The notes below the pieces were generated by a model. The model was not told the origin of the DNA and searched no databases. It saw only the letters and a list, made by a program, of their open reading frames with translations. 64,000 nt of DNA from an uncultured Gammaproteobacteria bacterium (GTDB lineage Bacteria; Pseudomonadota; Gammaproteobacteria; Pseudomonadales; Halieaceae). This document shows, piece by piece, positions 51,437 through 61,893 of this stretch. The stretch spans positions 1,398 to 65,397 of the forward strand of contig CAVQRS010000003.1 of the NCBI GenBank assembly GCA_963715345.1, read 5' to 3'. Both the position numbers and the translations under genes were made by a program. Each line of letters opens with the position of its first letter. Position 1 is the stretch's first letter.

Positions 51437-52657
51437 ATGAATCATCAACCAGCGGCAGACCGTACCGCCCTGGTACTTACCGGGGGTGGTGCGCGGGCGG
51501 CTTATCAGGTCGGTGTGCTCAAGGCGGCCGCGGAATTGTTGCCCAAGCGTTCCCACAACCCCTTTTCCATCATTACAGGTACCTCCGCCGGGGCGGTCAA
51601 CGCGGTTGCCCTGGGGGCTTCGGCGAACAATTTCCGCCTGGCGGTCAAGAAGGTGGAGCGCATCTGGAGCAATCTGCATGTAGACCAGGTCTATAAGGCG
51701 GGCTATCGCGATTTGTTTGGCGCCGTGCTGCGGCTGATCGCCTCCCTGTTCCACCAGGGTATCGGCGTGAACAAACCGCTTGCGCTGCTCAATAACGAAC
51801 CGCTGGTCGAGCTGTTGTCGAAGGTGATCGATTTCGGCGACCTTGAGCGCCGCCTGCGGGGCGGTTTACTCGACGCCATCGGTGTCACAGCCTCCAGTTA
51901 CGACAGCGGCGAGTCGGTGACCTTCTACCAGAGTGACCTGGAAGGCGGTGTGTTGCCCGAGTGGCGCCAATCCCGGCGTCGCGGGGTCGCGACCCGGCTC
52001 GATATCAGGCATTTGCTCGCATCATCGGCGATTCCTACCCTGTTGCCGGCCACAAAAATAGGCAATAGTTACTACGGTGACGGCGCCCTGCGCCAGGTCG
52101 CGCCCATCAGCTCGGCTATACACCTGGGGGCGGAGCGTATTTTGGTGGTGGGTGTCAGCGGCAACCCCAACCGGCCGCCGACCGAGTCCCATGAAAGTCA
52201 TTCGCCTTCCCTTGCGAAAATGGTCGGCCATGTATTCAACAGCGCCTTTATCGATGCCCTGGAAAATGATGTCGAACATGTGTCCCGGATCAATGAACTG
52301 GTCGGCATGGTAATCAACGATAACCCGTACGCATCTACCGGCGCCCTGCGGCTCGTGGATTTTCTGTGTATCAATCCCAGTATCGAGATCAGCGACCTGG
52401 TATCGCGGCACATAGACAGTCTGCCCCGCTCGATGCGCACTATCCTGAGGATGACCGGGGCGACACCCGCCGGCGGGGGTACCAGCATGGCCAGCTACCT
52501 GTTATTTGAAGGGGCTTTCTGTCGCGAACTGATCGACTGCGGCTACCGCGACGCCATGGCGCAGGAAGATGCCCTGGTAGATTTCTTTTACCCACAGCGT
52601 GAGGTGCGTATGAACGGCGAGACGCGGTATGCTTCCGAAAGCGCAACAGGTGGGTGA
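51437..52657 (+). CDS. Patatin-like phospholipase (RssA-like)
   Basis: LVLTGGGARAAYQVGVL, GTSAGAVNA and YGDGALRQ. I chose the ATG at 51437, with GGAGGG 8 nt upstream. Confidence 0.85.
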   Translation: MNHQPAADRTALVLTGGGARAAYQVGVLKAAAELLPKRSHNPFSIITGTSAGAVNAVALGASANNFRLAVKKVERIWSNLHVDQVYKAGYRDLFGAVLRLIASLFHQGIGVNKPLALLNNEPLVELLSKVIDFGDLERRLRGGLLDAIGVTASSYDSGESVTFYQSDLEGGVLPEWRQSRRRGVATRLDIRHLLASSAIPTLLPATKIGNSYYGDGALRQVAPISSAIHLGAERILVVGVSGNPNRPPTESHESHSPSLAKMVGHVFNSAFIDALENDVEHVSRINELVGMVINDNPYASTGALRLVDFLCINPSIEISDLVSRHIDSLPRSMRTILRMTGATPAGGGTSMASYLLFEGAFCRELIDCGYRDAMAQEDALVDFFYPQREVRMNGETRYASESATGG

Positions 52658-52784
52658 GGCTGGATCCGTGTCCGCGCGGCCCTGGTTGCCGCTGTTGCGT
52701 GGTTCCGGGGCGAGAGAGGGTGCGCTCGACCGCGCATGGGCGGGCATTCCCGGGAACAATCGAATTGCTTGAGGCGGAGGGATA

Positions 52785-53474
52785 ATGGTTTTCAAGCCAA
52801 GCAGCAAGGATAATTTCATCTGGCTGTTGACAGCCCTGGTGGCGCTTCAGTTTTTCAATTCGCTGTTCTCCCAGTTGGGGCTTCGCGGCGCCAATATACT
52901 GGTCAATATCAGCATGACAGTTATGGTGCTCATGTCCGTCTGGTCCCTGCAGGAAGTTCGCACCCGATGGTTCGGTCTCAAGTTTGTCGTCGCCCTGCTT
53001 GTCGTCATCCTGATGGTTGTCGACAGTTCCATCAAGAGCAACTGGCTGGCCCCGTTTCAGTTGATTACGATGTTCGCTTTCGTCAGCATTACCATCTACC
53101 TGGCATGGCAGCAGGTCATGTTTACTGGTGAGATTACCCGCAATACCATTTTTGGCTCCATCTGTATCTACATACTCATCGGTCTGCTGTTCGGCTTTGC
53201 CTACCTGATGGTGGAAAGTATCTTCCCCGGTTCCCTGGTCGGGCTCGACGGCGAAAACTGGCAGGAAAACCTGCAGGTCACTATCTACTATTCCATGGTG
53301 ACGCTGACCACGCTCGGCTATGGCGATATTACTCCGGCAGGCCAGGTCACCCGCTTTCTGGCCTATACGGAAGCCATGGTCGGTGTTTTCTACACTACCA
53401 TTCTGGTGGCCAGCCTGATCGGCCTGCGGCTGTCGGGATACCGGCCGAGTGATCCCGAAAAGCCGGAGCTGTAG
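52785..53474 (+). CDS. Potassium channel (2TM pore domain with extra N-terminal helices)
   Basis: Selectivity filter TLTTLGYGDITP. GGAGGG precedes the ATG. Confidence 0.85.
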   Translation: MVFKPSSKDNFIWLLTALVALQFFNSLFSQLGLRGANILVNISMTVMVLMSVWSLQEVRTRWFGLKFVVALLVVILMVVDSSIKSNWLAPFQLITMFAFVSITIYLAWQQVMFTGEITRNTIFGSICIYILIGLLFGFAYLMVESIFPGSLVGLDGENWQENLQVTIYYSMVTLTTLGYGDITPAGQVTRFLAYTEAMVGVFYTTILVASLIGLRLSGYRPSDPEKPEL

Positions 53475-53552
53475 AGGCCAGCCCGGCGGTCCCGCTCGCA
53501 CCGGGCACTCCGGCCACCGGCTTCGATCGACACCGGGTTTCCCCGCCTAAAA

Positions 53553-53566
53553 TTGAGCTTGATCAA
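53553..53566 (+). promoter_or_regulatory. Candidate FNR/Anr-type box upstream of rnfB
   Basis: TTGAG-CTTG-ATCAA matches TTGAT-N4-ATCAA at 9 of 10 positions. Its centre lies about 132 nt upstream of the rnfB ATG. No convincing -10 element was located. Confidence 0.3.
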
Positions 53567-53691
53567 GTGAAAGCCCCGTAGCGCTCGCCTGGGGCGCTTG
53601 TGGTTTGACTCTCTCCCGGCGAGCGCCTAAATTTTCCCGATAGGGTTTTAACCCGGCTTCCGGAAAAAGCAATTGCTGGATTGTTTCTGAC

Positions 53692-54557
53692 ATGGTGGTG
53701 CTCACCGCAGTGTTGGCTCTTGGCGGGCTGACGTTTCTGCTGGCCACCGCCTTGATCCTGGCCAATCGCAAACTCCATGTCGATGAAGACCAGCGGATCG
53801 ATGTCGTGGAGGAAATGCTGCCCCACGCCAATTGCGGCGCCTGTGGTTACCCGGGCTGCCGGCCATTCGCCGAAGCCCTGGTGGGCGGCGAAGTGGCGCC
53901 GGGCAAATGTTCGGTCAGTAGCCCCGCAGAGCGTGAGGCCATTGCCGATTACCTCGGTATAGCGGTAGGCGAACAGACCAGGATCGTGGCGCGGCTCGCC
54001 TGTGCGGGCGGCAGCAATGTCGCCCGCAAGCGGGCCCATTACAGCGGCGAGCCATCCTGTCTCGCCGCCGCCCAGGTGGCCGGCGGTGGCAAGGATTGCT
54101 TCTGGGGATGCCTTGGCTACGGGGACTGCGAGCGGGTCTGTGATTTCGACGCGATCAGGATGAACAACCACGATCTGCCGGTGGTCGACAGCGCCCTGTG
54201 TACCGGCTGCGGCGACTGCGTCGACATCTGTCCCAAGGACCTGTTTTCGCTGCACCCTGAGGATCACCGCCTCTGGGTGGCCTGCAAAAACCTGGAGCGG
54301 GGCGATGCGGTGCTGGCGGCCTGTGAAGTTGCCTGTACCGCCTGCGAGCGCTGCGCCGTCGATGCGCCCCGGCGCTGATCACCATGCGGGATAACCTGCC
54401 GGTGATCGATTACCGCCGGCCTCACGCCACCCGGGTGCCGATCGAGCGCTGCCCCACCGGCGCTATCGTCTGGATCGACGAGAAGGGCGGCGTGGTAAAG
54501 GGCGCAGCCAGCCGCAAAGTCCTGCGCCACGATGCCCTGCCGGAAGCGCCCAGCTGA
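53692..54557 (+). pseudogene. rnfB: Rnf complex subunit B (polyferredoxin type), with the frame broken near 54361-54375
   Basis: N-terminal anchor plus NCGACGYPGCRPFAEAL. CTGCGDCVDICPKD. The listed ORF stops at 54378 (…CERCAVDAPRR), but the -1 frame continues as (C)APALITMRDNLPVIDYRRPHATRVPIERCPTGAIVWIDEKGG to a stop at 54555-54557. That adds a conserved CPTGAI cluster ligand. Confidence 0.8.
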
Positions 54558-54609
54558 GGTTCCTGAGATTGGTCCATCAGCGCACTACGAGACAACGAGG
54601 AAACACAGC

Positions 54610-57600
54610 ATGAGCAAGCCAGACACCGCATACAAGTACCCCGGCCAGCGCGCCGCGATGGACGGCAATACCGCGGTCATTATGTGCGAGCGGGAGTCCA
54701 GCGACGCGGCGGGAGCCTACCCCATCACGCCCTCTACCCAGATGGGCGAGTACTGGGCGGAAGCCGCCGCCCAGGGACATATCAACGTGTCGGGGCGGCC
54801 GCTGATCTTCATCGAGCCCGAGGGCGAGCATGCGGCTGCCGCCGTGACCGCCGGGCTGGCCATGACCGGATTGCGCGCGGCCAATTTTTCCTCCGGCCAG
54901 GGCATCGCCTATATGCACGAGTCGCTCTACGCGGCAGTGGGCAAGCGCCTGACCTACGTACTCAATATCGGTGCCCGGGCCATGACCAAGGCGACCCTGA
55001 ACGTGCACGCCGGGCACGACGACTACCACTGCGTGGATGACACCGGTTTCTTCCAGCTGTTTGCCGCCAACGCCCAGCAGGCGGCGGACCTGAATATTAT
55101 CGCCCACCGTATCGCCGAGCTGGCGCTGACCCCGGGTATCGTCGCCCAGGACGGCTTCCTCACCACCCACCTGATCGAGTCCCTGCTGGTGCCGGAGCGG
55201 GAGTTGATCGCCGAGTACCTGGGGCGACCCGATGACATCATCGCCACGCCCACTCCCGCCCAGCGGATGATTTTCGGTGATATGCGCCGGCGCATACCCG
55301 AGCTGTGGGACGTGGACAACCCGATGATGTCAGGGCTGGTACAGAACCAGGATTCCTACATGCAGAGCGTTGCGGCCCAGCGGCCCTTCTTCTTCGACCA
55401 TATCGACGAGCTGGCGGAACAGGCCTTTTACGAATTCCACGAGTTGACGGGCCGCCAGTACGGCCCGGTGGCCACCTACCTGGCGGATGATGCGGATTAC
55501 CTTATCGTCGGCCAGGGCAGTGTGATTCCCAGCGCCGAGGTGGTGGCCGATTACCTGCGCGAGACCCGCCGCATCAAGGTGGGGGTGGTGAACCTGACCA
55601 TGTTCCGCCCTTTCCCCGGCGCGCAGCTCAGCGAGGTGCTCAAGGGCAGAAAGGGCGTGGTGGTGCTGGAGCGCCTCGACCAGCCGCTGGCAGCGGACCT
55701 GCCGCTGATGCGCGAAATCCGCGCCACCCTGGGCAAGGCCATGGAGAACGGCCGCGACAAACACGAGACGCCTTACCCGCAGCTGGCCACCTACAGCAGC
55801 CTGACCGATGCCCCGTCGCTGTACTCCGGCTCCTTTGGCCTGGGCAGTCGCGACCTGCAGCCCGAGGGCCTGATCGGCGCCATCGAGAACATGCTGCCGG
55901 ACGGGGCGCGCAAGAAACAGTTTTACCTGTCCATCGATTTCCTGCGGGACGAAGCCATGACCCCCAAGCAGGAGATCCACCAGGACAACATCGAGAGCAG
56001 CTATCCCGGGGTGCGGGCGCTGGCGATACGCGGCAGCGAAAACCCCAACCTGATGCCCGCCGGCAGTATTACCGTGCGCTTCCACTCCGTCGGCGGCTGG
56101 GGCGCGATCACCACCGGCAAGAACCTGGCGATGACCCTGTTCGACCTGCTGGGTTACCACATCAAGGCCAACCCCAAGTACGGTTCCGAGAAGAAGGGCC
56201 AGCCCACCACCTACTATCTGTCCGCTGCCCCCGAACCGATCCGTATCAACTGCGAATACTTTTACGTCGACGTGGTGCTGTCACCCGACCCCAATGTGTT
56301 CCACCACACCAACGCGCTGGCCGGGCTGAAAGAGGGCGGTGTGTTCGTCATCCAGAGCGACCGCGGCTCGGCGGAGCAGGTGTGGGCCGACATTCCCGAA
56401 CACTACCAGCAGATCATCGTCGACAAGCAGATTCGCCTGTTTTACCTGGACGCTTTCAATATCGCCCGGGAAGAGGCCACTGATTCGGAACTGCAGCTGC
56501 GGATGCAGGGCATCGCCTTCCAGGGCGCCTTCTTCGCCGCCTCGCCGCTGGCCGAACAGACCGGCCTGGGCGAGGAGAAACTGCTGCAGGCGATTCGCAG
56601 CCAGCTGGAGCACAAGTTTGGCACCAAGGGCGCCAGGGTGGTGGAGGACAATGTCCGGGTGGTCAAGCGCGGCTTCGACGAGGTGCGGGAAATCACCGAC
56701 AAGGAAGTGGGGATACAGACGGCCCGGCTGATCGATGCGCGCGCCGAGCCCAAGCTGCCGGTGATGGTGAAGCGCCTGCCACAGAGCGGGGCGCCCAGCG
56801 CGGATATCCACCGCTTCTGGGAGCAGACGGGCAATTTCTACGCTCGCGGCATGGGCAACGACAATCTCACCGATCCCTTCATCGGCCTGGGCGTCATGCC
56901 CGCGTCGTCGGCGCTGTTTCGCGATATGACCGGCATTCGCTTCGAGCATCCCCAGTGGATAGCGGAGAACTGCACTGCCTGCGGCAATTGCTACACCGTC
57001 TGTCCGGATACGGCCATCCCGGGCCTGGTCAACGAGGTGGGCCAGGTGCTGGACACCGTGGTCGGCCGGGTCAGGAAGAAAGGCTACAGCCGTGCAGCAC
57101 CTGCCGCGCGCCGTGCGCAAGCTGGAGCGGAGCCTGCGGGGCCTGCTCGGCGAGGCGCCGGAGACCGACCCGGTGGGCGCGCTGCTGCAGGAGGCGATCA
57201 CCGCCACGGTCAACAACCCCGAGCTGGCGGAAGCCGAGCGCGCTGAACTCAAGCGGGAATTCGAGTGGTTCAACGAGGAACTGGATGGTTTCCAGTTCGC
57301 CCTCAGCCGGCCCTATTACACCCTGCCGGAGAAGAAGGCGGCGGGCAGTGGCGGCCTGCTCAGCATTACGGTCAACCCCTACACCTGCAAGGGCTGCATG
57401 GAGTGCGTGGCGGTGTGTGACGACGCGGCGCTCGATCCCGGTGCGCCAGACCGGGGATTCCGTGCAGCAGCTGCGCGACCAGTGGAATTTCTGGCTGGAC
57501 CTGCCCACCACGCCGCAGAAATACATCCGGGTGGACGACCTCGAGCAGGGCATCGGCGCGCTGGAGACCATCCTGCTGGACAAGGAGACCTACTCCGGCC

Positions 57601-59543
57601 TCACCAGCGGCGACGGCGCCTGCCTGGGCTGTTCGGAAAAGACCGTGATGCACCTGTTCGTCGCCACCGTCGAGGCGCTGATGCAGCCGCGGGTGAAGGC
57701 GCAGGTCGCCAAACTGGAAGACCTTATCAGTCGCCTGGCGCAGCATATCCAGCTGCAGCTGGTGCAGGAGGTCAACGTCGGCGACACCGAGGCGCTGGCG
57801 GATATTCTCAGCCGCAATGCCGACCACGACCTGACCCTGTCGGATATCGCCCGGCAGATGGAGGACATGAAAGGCAGCCAGCCCATCGATCCGGCCTGGC
57901 TGAAACGGGTGTCCGGTCTGCTGGGCCAGCTGAAGGAACTGAAGTGGCGTTACACCGAGGGCACCAGCGGCCGCGGCCGGTCCACCATGGGTATGCTCAA
58001 CGCCACCGGCTGTACCTCGGTGTGGGGCAGTACCTACCCCTTCAACCCCTATCCGTTTCCCTGGTCCAACCACCTGTTCCAGGACAGTGCCTCGCTGGCG
58101 ATGGGTGTCTTCGAAGGGCATATGGCGAAAATGGCGGAGGGCTTCAAGGCCATCCGCGCGGCGGAGCTGGAATTGTCAGGCCAGTACCGGGAGGCAGAGC
58201 ACGAGGAGTTCTTCACCTATTTCACCTGGGAACAGTTTACCGACCAGGAATTCCTGCTGTGCCCGCCGGTGGTCGCGGTGGGTGGCGACGGTGCCATGTA
58301 CGACATCGGTTTCCAGAACCTGTCCCGGGCGATGATGTCGGGCAAGCCGATCAAGATCCTGGTGGTGGATACCCAGGTCTACTCGAACACCGGCGGCCAG
58401 GCCTGCACCTCCGGGTTTATCGGCCAGATATCGGACATGGCCCAGTTCGGCAAGGTCAACAAGGGCAAGCACGAAGTGCGCAAGGAGATCGGCCTGATCG
58501 CCATGGCCCATCGCACCACCTATGTGCTGCAGAGCGGCATCGCCCACGCCAATCACATGATAGAGGGCTTCATCCAGGGACTGATGGCCCAGCGACCGGC
58601 GCTGTTCAACCTGTATACCTCCTGCCAGCCCGAGCACGGTATCGGCGACGACATGGGGCACCACCAGGCCAAGCTGGCGGTGGAGTCCCGGGCCTACCCG
58701 CTGTTTCGCTACAACCCGGACCTGGGCAAAACGCCCCAGGAGTGCTTTGACCTGGACGGTAACCCCGCCATGTTTGAGGACTGGCCCAGCTACAGTCTGA
58801 CCTACCTCGAGGGCAGTCGCGAAAAGACCATGGAGTTGCCGCTGACCTTTGCCGACTTCGCCATGACCGAGGCGCGCTTTCGCAAGCATTTCCGCATGGC
58901 GCCGCCGGATACCTGGCACGACGACATGGTGCCCCTGGTGGACTTCATGCAGCTGGGGGTGGATGAGCGCGAGGGCAAGTTCCCGTTTATCTGGACCCTG
59001 GACAAGCGCCAGCACCTGAGCCGCCTGCTGGTGGATGAGACCATGGTCCTGTCCTGCGAGGAGCGCAGGGATTTCTGGGTGATGCTCAAGGCCATTGCCG
59101 GGGTCAAGCCGAAGGCTCCCGACACGGCCGGGGAGATCGAGGAAAAAACCCGTCGGGACGTGGTGCGCAGGATTGCCAGCGGCCTCATGCGTATGGCCGA
59201 GGGTGATGAGGCGCTGCCCGCCGACCCGCTGGAGCCCGCCGGAGACAAGGTGATTGCCAGCTCCGGGACCGCTGCGCCGGCGGCGGGGTCCGACTACATG
59301 GCGCCCTGGCTGGATACCGAGGAATGTACGGCCTGTGATGAATGCACCAATCTCAATCCGGCCATGTTCGCCTATAACGAGTCGAAGAAAGCGTATATCA
59401 AGGATCCGCTGGCCGGGCCGTACAGGGACCTGGTGAAAGCGGCGGAAAAGTGTACCGCCCAGGTCATTCACCCGGGTTTGCCGGCGGATCGCAGTGAGGC
59501 GGATATCGACAAGTGGATAGCGCGGGGTGCCAAGTACAACTGA
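54610..59543 (+). pseudogene. Pyruvate/2-oxoacid:ferredoxin oxidoreductase (NifJ/YdbK-like, about 1640 aa) with a C-terminal ferredoxin-like domain. Two +1 frame breaks.
   Basis: The gene is read across three listed ORFs:
- 54532..57246 covers domains I-IV (AYPITPSTQMGEYW, QDGFLTTH) and the first cluster CTACGNCYTVCPDTAIPG.
- 57092..58750 is sensible only for VQHLPRAVRKLE...NPYTCKGCMECVAVCDDAALD.
- 56955..59543 is sensible from PVRQTGDSVQQLRDQWNFW onward, including GDGACLGCSEKT and GGDGAMYDIGFQNLSRAMMSGKPIKILVVDTQVYSNTGGQACTSG, and ends with CTACDECTNLNP...EKCTAQVIHPG.
The breaks fit an extra A in AAA (57079-57081) and an extra C in CCC (57437-57439). Start ATG at 54610 follows GAGGAA. Confidence 0.85.
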
Positions 59544-60880
59544 TGTTCAGCGCGCTACGCCAGCATCGCAGTTTCGCCCACGGCATTCACCCGCCGGAGG
59601 CCAAGGACGACACCCGGGACCTGCCGATAAAGCAGTTCCCCTTTGCCCCGGTGATGATCGTCCCGCTGTCGCAGCACATCGGCAAGCCGGCCCTGCCCGT
59701 GGTGCGGGAGGGCCAGGAGGTGGAGCGGGGCCAGCTGATCGCGGAACCGGATGGCTTCGTGTCGGTGGCGATGCACGCGCCGGCCTCGGGGGTCATCCAG
59801 CGCATCGCCCTGGCACCGGGAATCAACGGCAGGATGTCGCCGGCGATTTTTCTCAAGCCGTTCCCGGGCTCCAGCCAGCAGGTCAGCGAGGGTGAGCCCT
59901 GTGACCTCGCCACCGCCTCGCCGGAGGATATCCTGCTGGCTATCCAGCGGGCGGGCATCGTCGGCCTCGGCGGCGCAGCCTTTCCGACCCATGTGAAACT
60001 GAAAGTCCCCGACGATAAACACATCGACACGCTGATCATCAACGGAGTGGAGTGCGAGCCCTACCTGACCACGGACCACCGGGTGATGCTGGAGCAGCAG
60101 GCGGATATTTTCACCGGCGTGCGCTACCTGTTGAAGGTGACTGGCGCGGAGTGCGCGATCATCGGGGTGGAGGCCAACAAGCTCGACGTGGCGCAGTCGC
60201 TGCGCGCGGCACTGCCCACGGATATTCCCGTGACGGTGGAGGTGGTGGCGGTGAAGTATCCCCAGGGCGCGGAAAAAATGCTGATCAGCGCCCTGCTTGA
60301 CCGCGAGGTACCCTCCGGTGGCCTGCCCTCGGACATCGGCGTGGTCAGCGTGAATGTGGCCACCACCGCGGAGATCGGTCGCCTGCTGCCCCACGGTCGC
60401 GGTATCCAGGAGCGCGTCATTACCATCGGTGGGCCCGCCATCGCCAGGAAAGGCAACTACCGCATCCCCATCGGCACGCCCCTGCGCTTCGCCCTGGACT
60501 ACGCCGGTATGGCGCAGAATGTCAGCCGGGTGTTCCTGGGGGGGCCGATGATGGGCCAGTCCCTGCCCAGCCTGGATATTCCGATTACCAAGGGCACTTC
60601 CGGTTTCATCGCTTTCAGCGATGCCCAGACGGCGGCGCCCGTCGAGTACCCCTGTATCCACTGCGCCTATTGCGTGGACGCCTGTCCCCTGTTCCTCAAC
60701 CCCTCCCAGCTGGGCCTGCTGGCCCGGGCGGGCCAGGTCGAGCGCATGGCCGATGAATTCAACCTGCTGGACTGCTTTGAGTGCGGCTCCTGCTCCTACG
60801 TCTGCCCGGCGCATATACCGCTGGTGCAGCGCTTTCGCGCGGCCAAGGGCGTGCTCAGGAAGCGGCGGGCCGCCTCGTGA
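59543..60880 (+). CDS. rnfC: Rnf complex subunit C
   Basis: GIHPPE...PLSQHIGKPA, GLGGAAFPTHVKL, CIHCAYCVDACP and CFECGSCSYVCPAHIPL. The ATG overlaps the PFOR stop (TGATG). Confidence 0.9.
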   Translation: MFSALRQHRSFAHGIHPPEAKDDTRDLPIKQFPFAPVMIVPLSQHIGKPALPVVREGQEVERGQLIAEPDGFVSVAMHAPASGVIQRIALAPGINGRMSPAIFLKPFPGSSQQVSEGEPCDLATASPEDILLAIQRAGIVGLGGAAFPTHVKLKVPDDKHIDTLIINGVECEPYLTTDHRVMLEQQADIFTGVRYLLKVTGAECAIIGVEANKLDVAQSLRAALPTDIPVTVEVVAVKYPQGAEKMLISALLDREVPSGGLPSDIGVVSVNVATTAEIGRLLPHGRGIQERVITIGGPAIARKGNYRIPIGTPLRFALDYAGMAQNVSRVFLGGPMMGQSLPSLDIPITKGTSGFIAFSDAQTAAPVEYPCIHCAYCVDACPLFLNPSQLGLLARAGQVERMADEFNLLDCFECGSCSYVCPAHIPLVQRFRAAKGVLRKRRAAS

Positions 60881-61890
60881 GTGCGCGCGGACACACCCTG
60901 CAGATCCACAGCTCGCCGCATATCGCCAGCGGCGCCAGTGTCGATGTGATCATGCGCAACGTGGTGCTGGCGCTGTTGCCGGTGGTGGCATTCGCGGTAT
61001 ACAGCTTCGGGCTGGCGGCGGCCCTGACGCTGCTGGTGGCGGTGTTTTCCTGCGTTGCCACCGAGCACCTGCTGTGCCGGCTGGCCGCCACCCCGACCAC
61101 GGTGCGGGACTGGTCTGTCACCATTACCGGCCTGCTCTACGGCCTTACCCTGCCGCCGGCGCTGCCCCTGTGGATGGTGGCCTGCGGCGGGGTGATCGGT
61201 GTGGCCATGGCCAAGTTCCTGTTCGGCGGTCTCGGCTACAACGCCTTCAACCCGGCCCTGGTCGGCCGCGCCTTCCTGCAGGCGGCCTTTCCCGTGGCGA
61301 TGACCAGCTGGACGCCGGCCTTTGCCGCCGATCGTTTCAGCCAGCTGCCCGCCAGTACCTTTACCATGCCCTTCGCAGCCCCGGTATATGACGGCGTCAG
61401 CGGTGCGACACCCCTGTCCCTGTTCAAGTTCGATGGCCAGCTCACCGCCACCGGCGACCTGCTGCTGGGCCTCACCAATGGCTCCGCCGGTGAGACCTGT
61501 GCCGTGTTGATCCTCGCCGGTGGCCTCTACCTCGCCGCCAGGAAGATGCTGAACTGGCGGATCCCGGCGGCGATACTGGCAACCGTCGCCGGCCTGGGCT
61601 GGGGCTTTCACCTGCTGTCTCCCGCGGACTACCCGCCGGCGGGCTTCATGTTGTTCTCCGGTGGCCTGATGCTGGGAGCCGTGTTCATGGCCACGGATAT
61701 GGTGGCCTCGCCGATTACCAACGCCGGTTGCGTGCTCTACGGTGTACTGATCGGTGTGCTGATCACCGTGATCCGCCTCTGGGGCGGCATGCCCGAGGGG
61801 GTGATGTACGCGATCCTGCTGGCCAATGCCGCCTCGCCGCATATCGACGGGCTGATCCAGCCCCGCGTCTTCGGCACGGGCAGGGGCTGA
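60877..61890 (+). CDS. rnfD: Rnf complex subunit D
   Basis: SSPHIASGASVDVIMRNVVLALLP N terminus and FMN-attachment block VSGATPL. The GTG start overlaps the rnfC stop (GTGA). The listed ORF starts at 60781. Confidence 0.9.
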   Translation: MSARGHTLQIHSSPHIASGASVDVIMRNVVLALLPVVAFAVYSFGLAAALTLLVAVFSCVATEHLLCRLAATPTTVRDWSVTITGLLYGLTLPPALPLWMVACGGVIGVAMAKFLFGGLGYNAFNPALVGRAFLQAAFPVAMTSWTPAFAADRFSQLPASTFTMPFAAPVYDGVSGATPLSLFKFDGQLTATGDLLLGLTNGSAGETCAVLILAGGLYLAARKMLNWRIPAAILATVAGLGWGFHLLSPADYPPAGFMLFSGGLMLGAVFMATDMVASPITNAGCVLYGVLIGVLITVIRLWGGMPEGVMYAILLANAASPHIDGLIQPRVFGTGRG

Positions 61891-61893
61891 GCC

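Noticed and set aside
51437-53474. Patatin-like phospholipase next to an ion channel as a possible CBASS-like or other anti-phage effector pair. The PLD at 35899 was considered similarly as a defence nuclease.
   Set aside because: No cyclase/CD-NTase, sensor, NTPase or other defence partner is adjacent. The patatin looks like the housekeeping RssA type. The PLD has a lipobox and a two-HKD lipid-enzyme architecture, not a Nuc-like single-HKD nuclease. The context is envelope lipid metabolism.
57075-57440. Programmed +1 ribosomal frameshifting in the PFOR gene (and in rnfB, fadL and the propeller gene).
   Set aside because: No slippery heptamer, stimulatory stop codon or downstream pseudoknot is evident. 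The shifts occur in unrelated genes and in both directions, which is most simply explained by indel errors or mutations.
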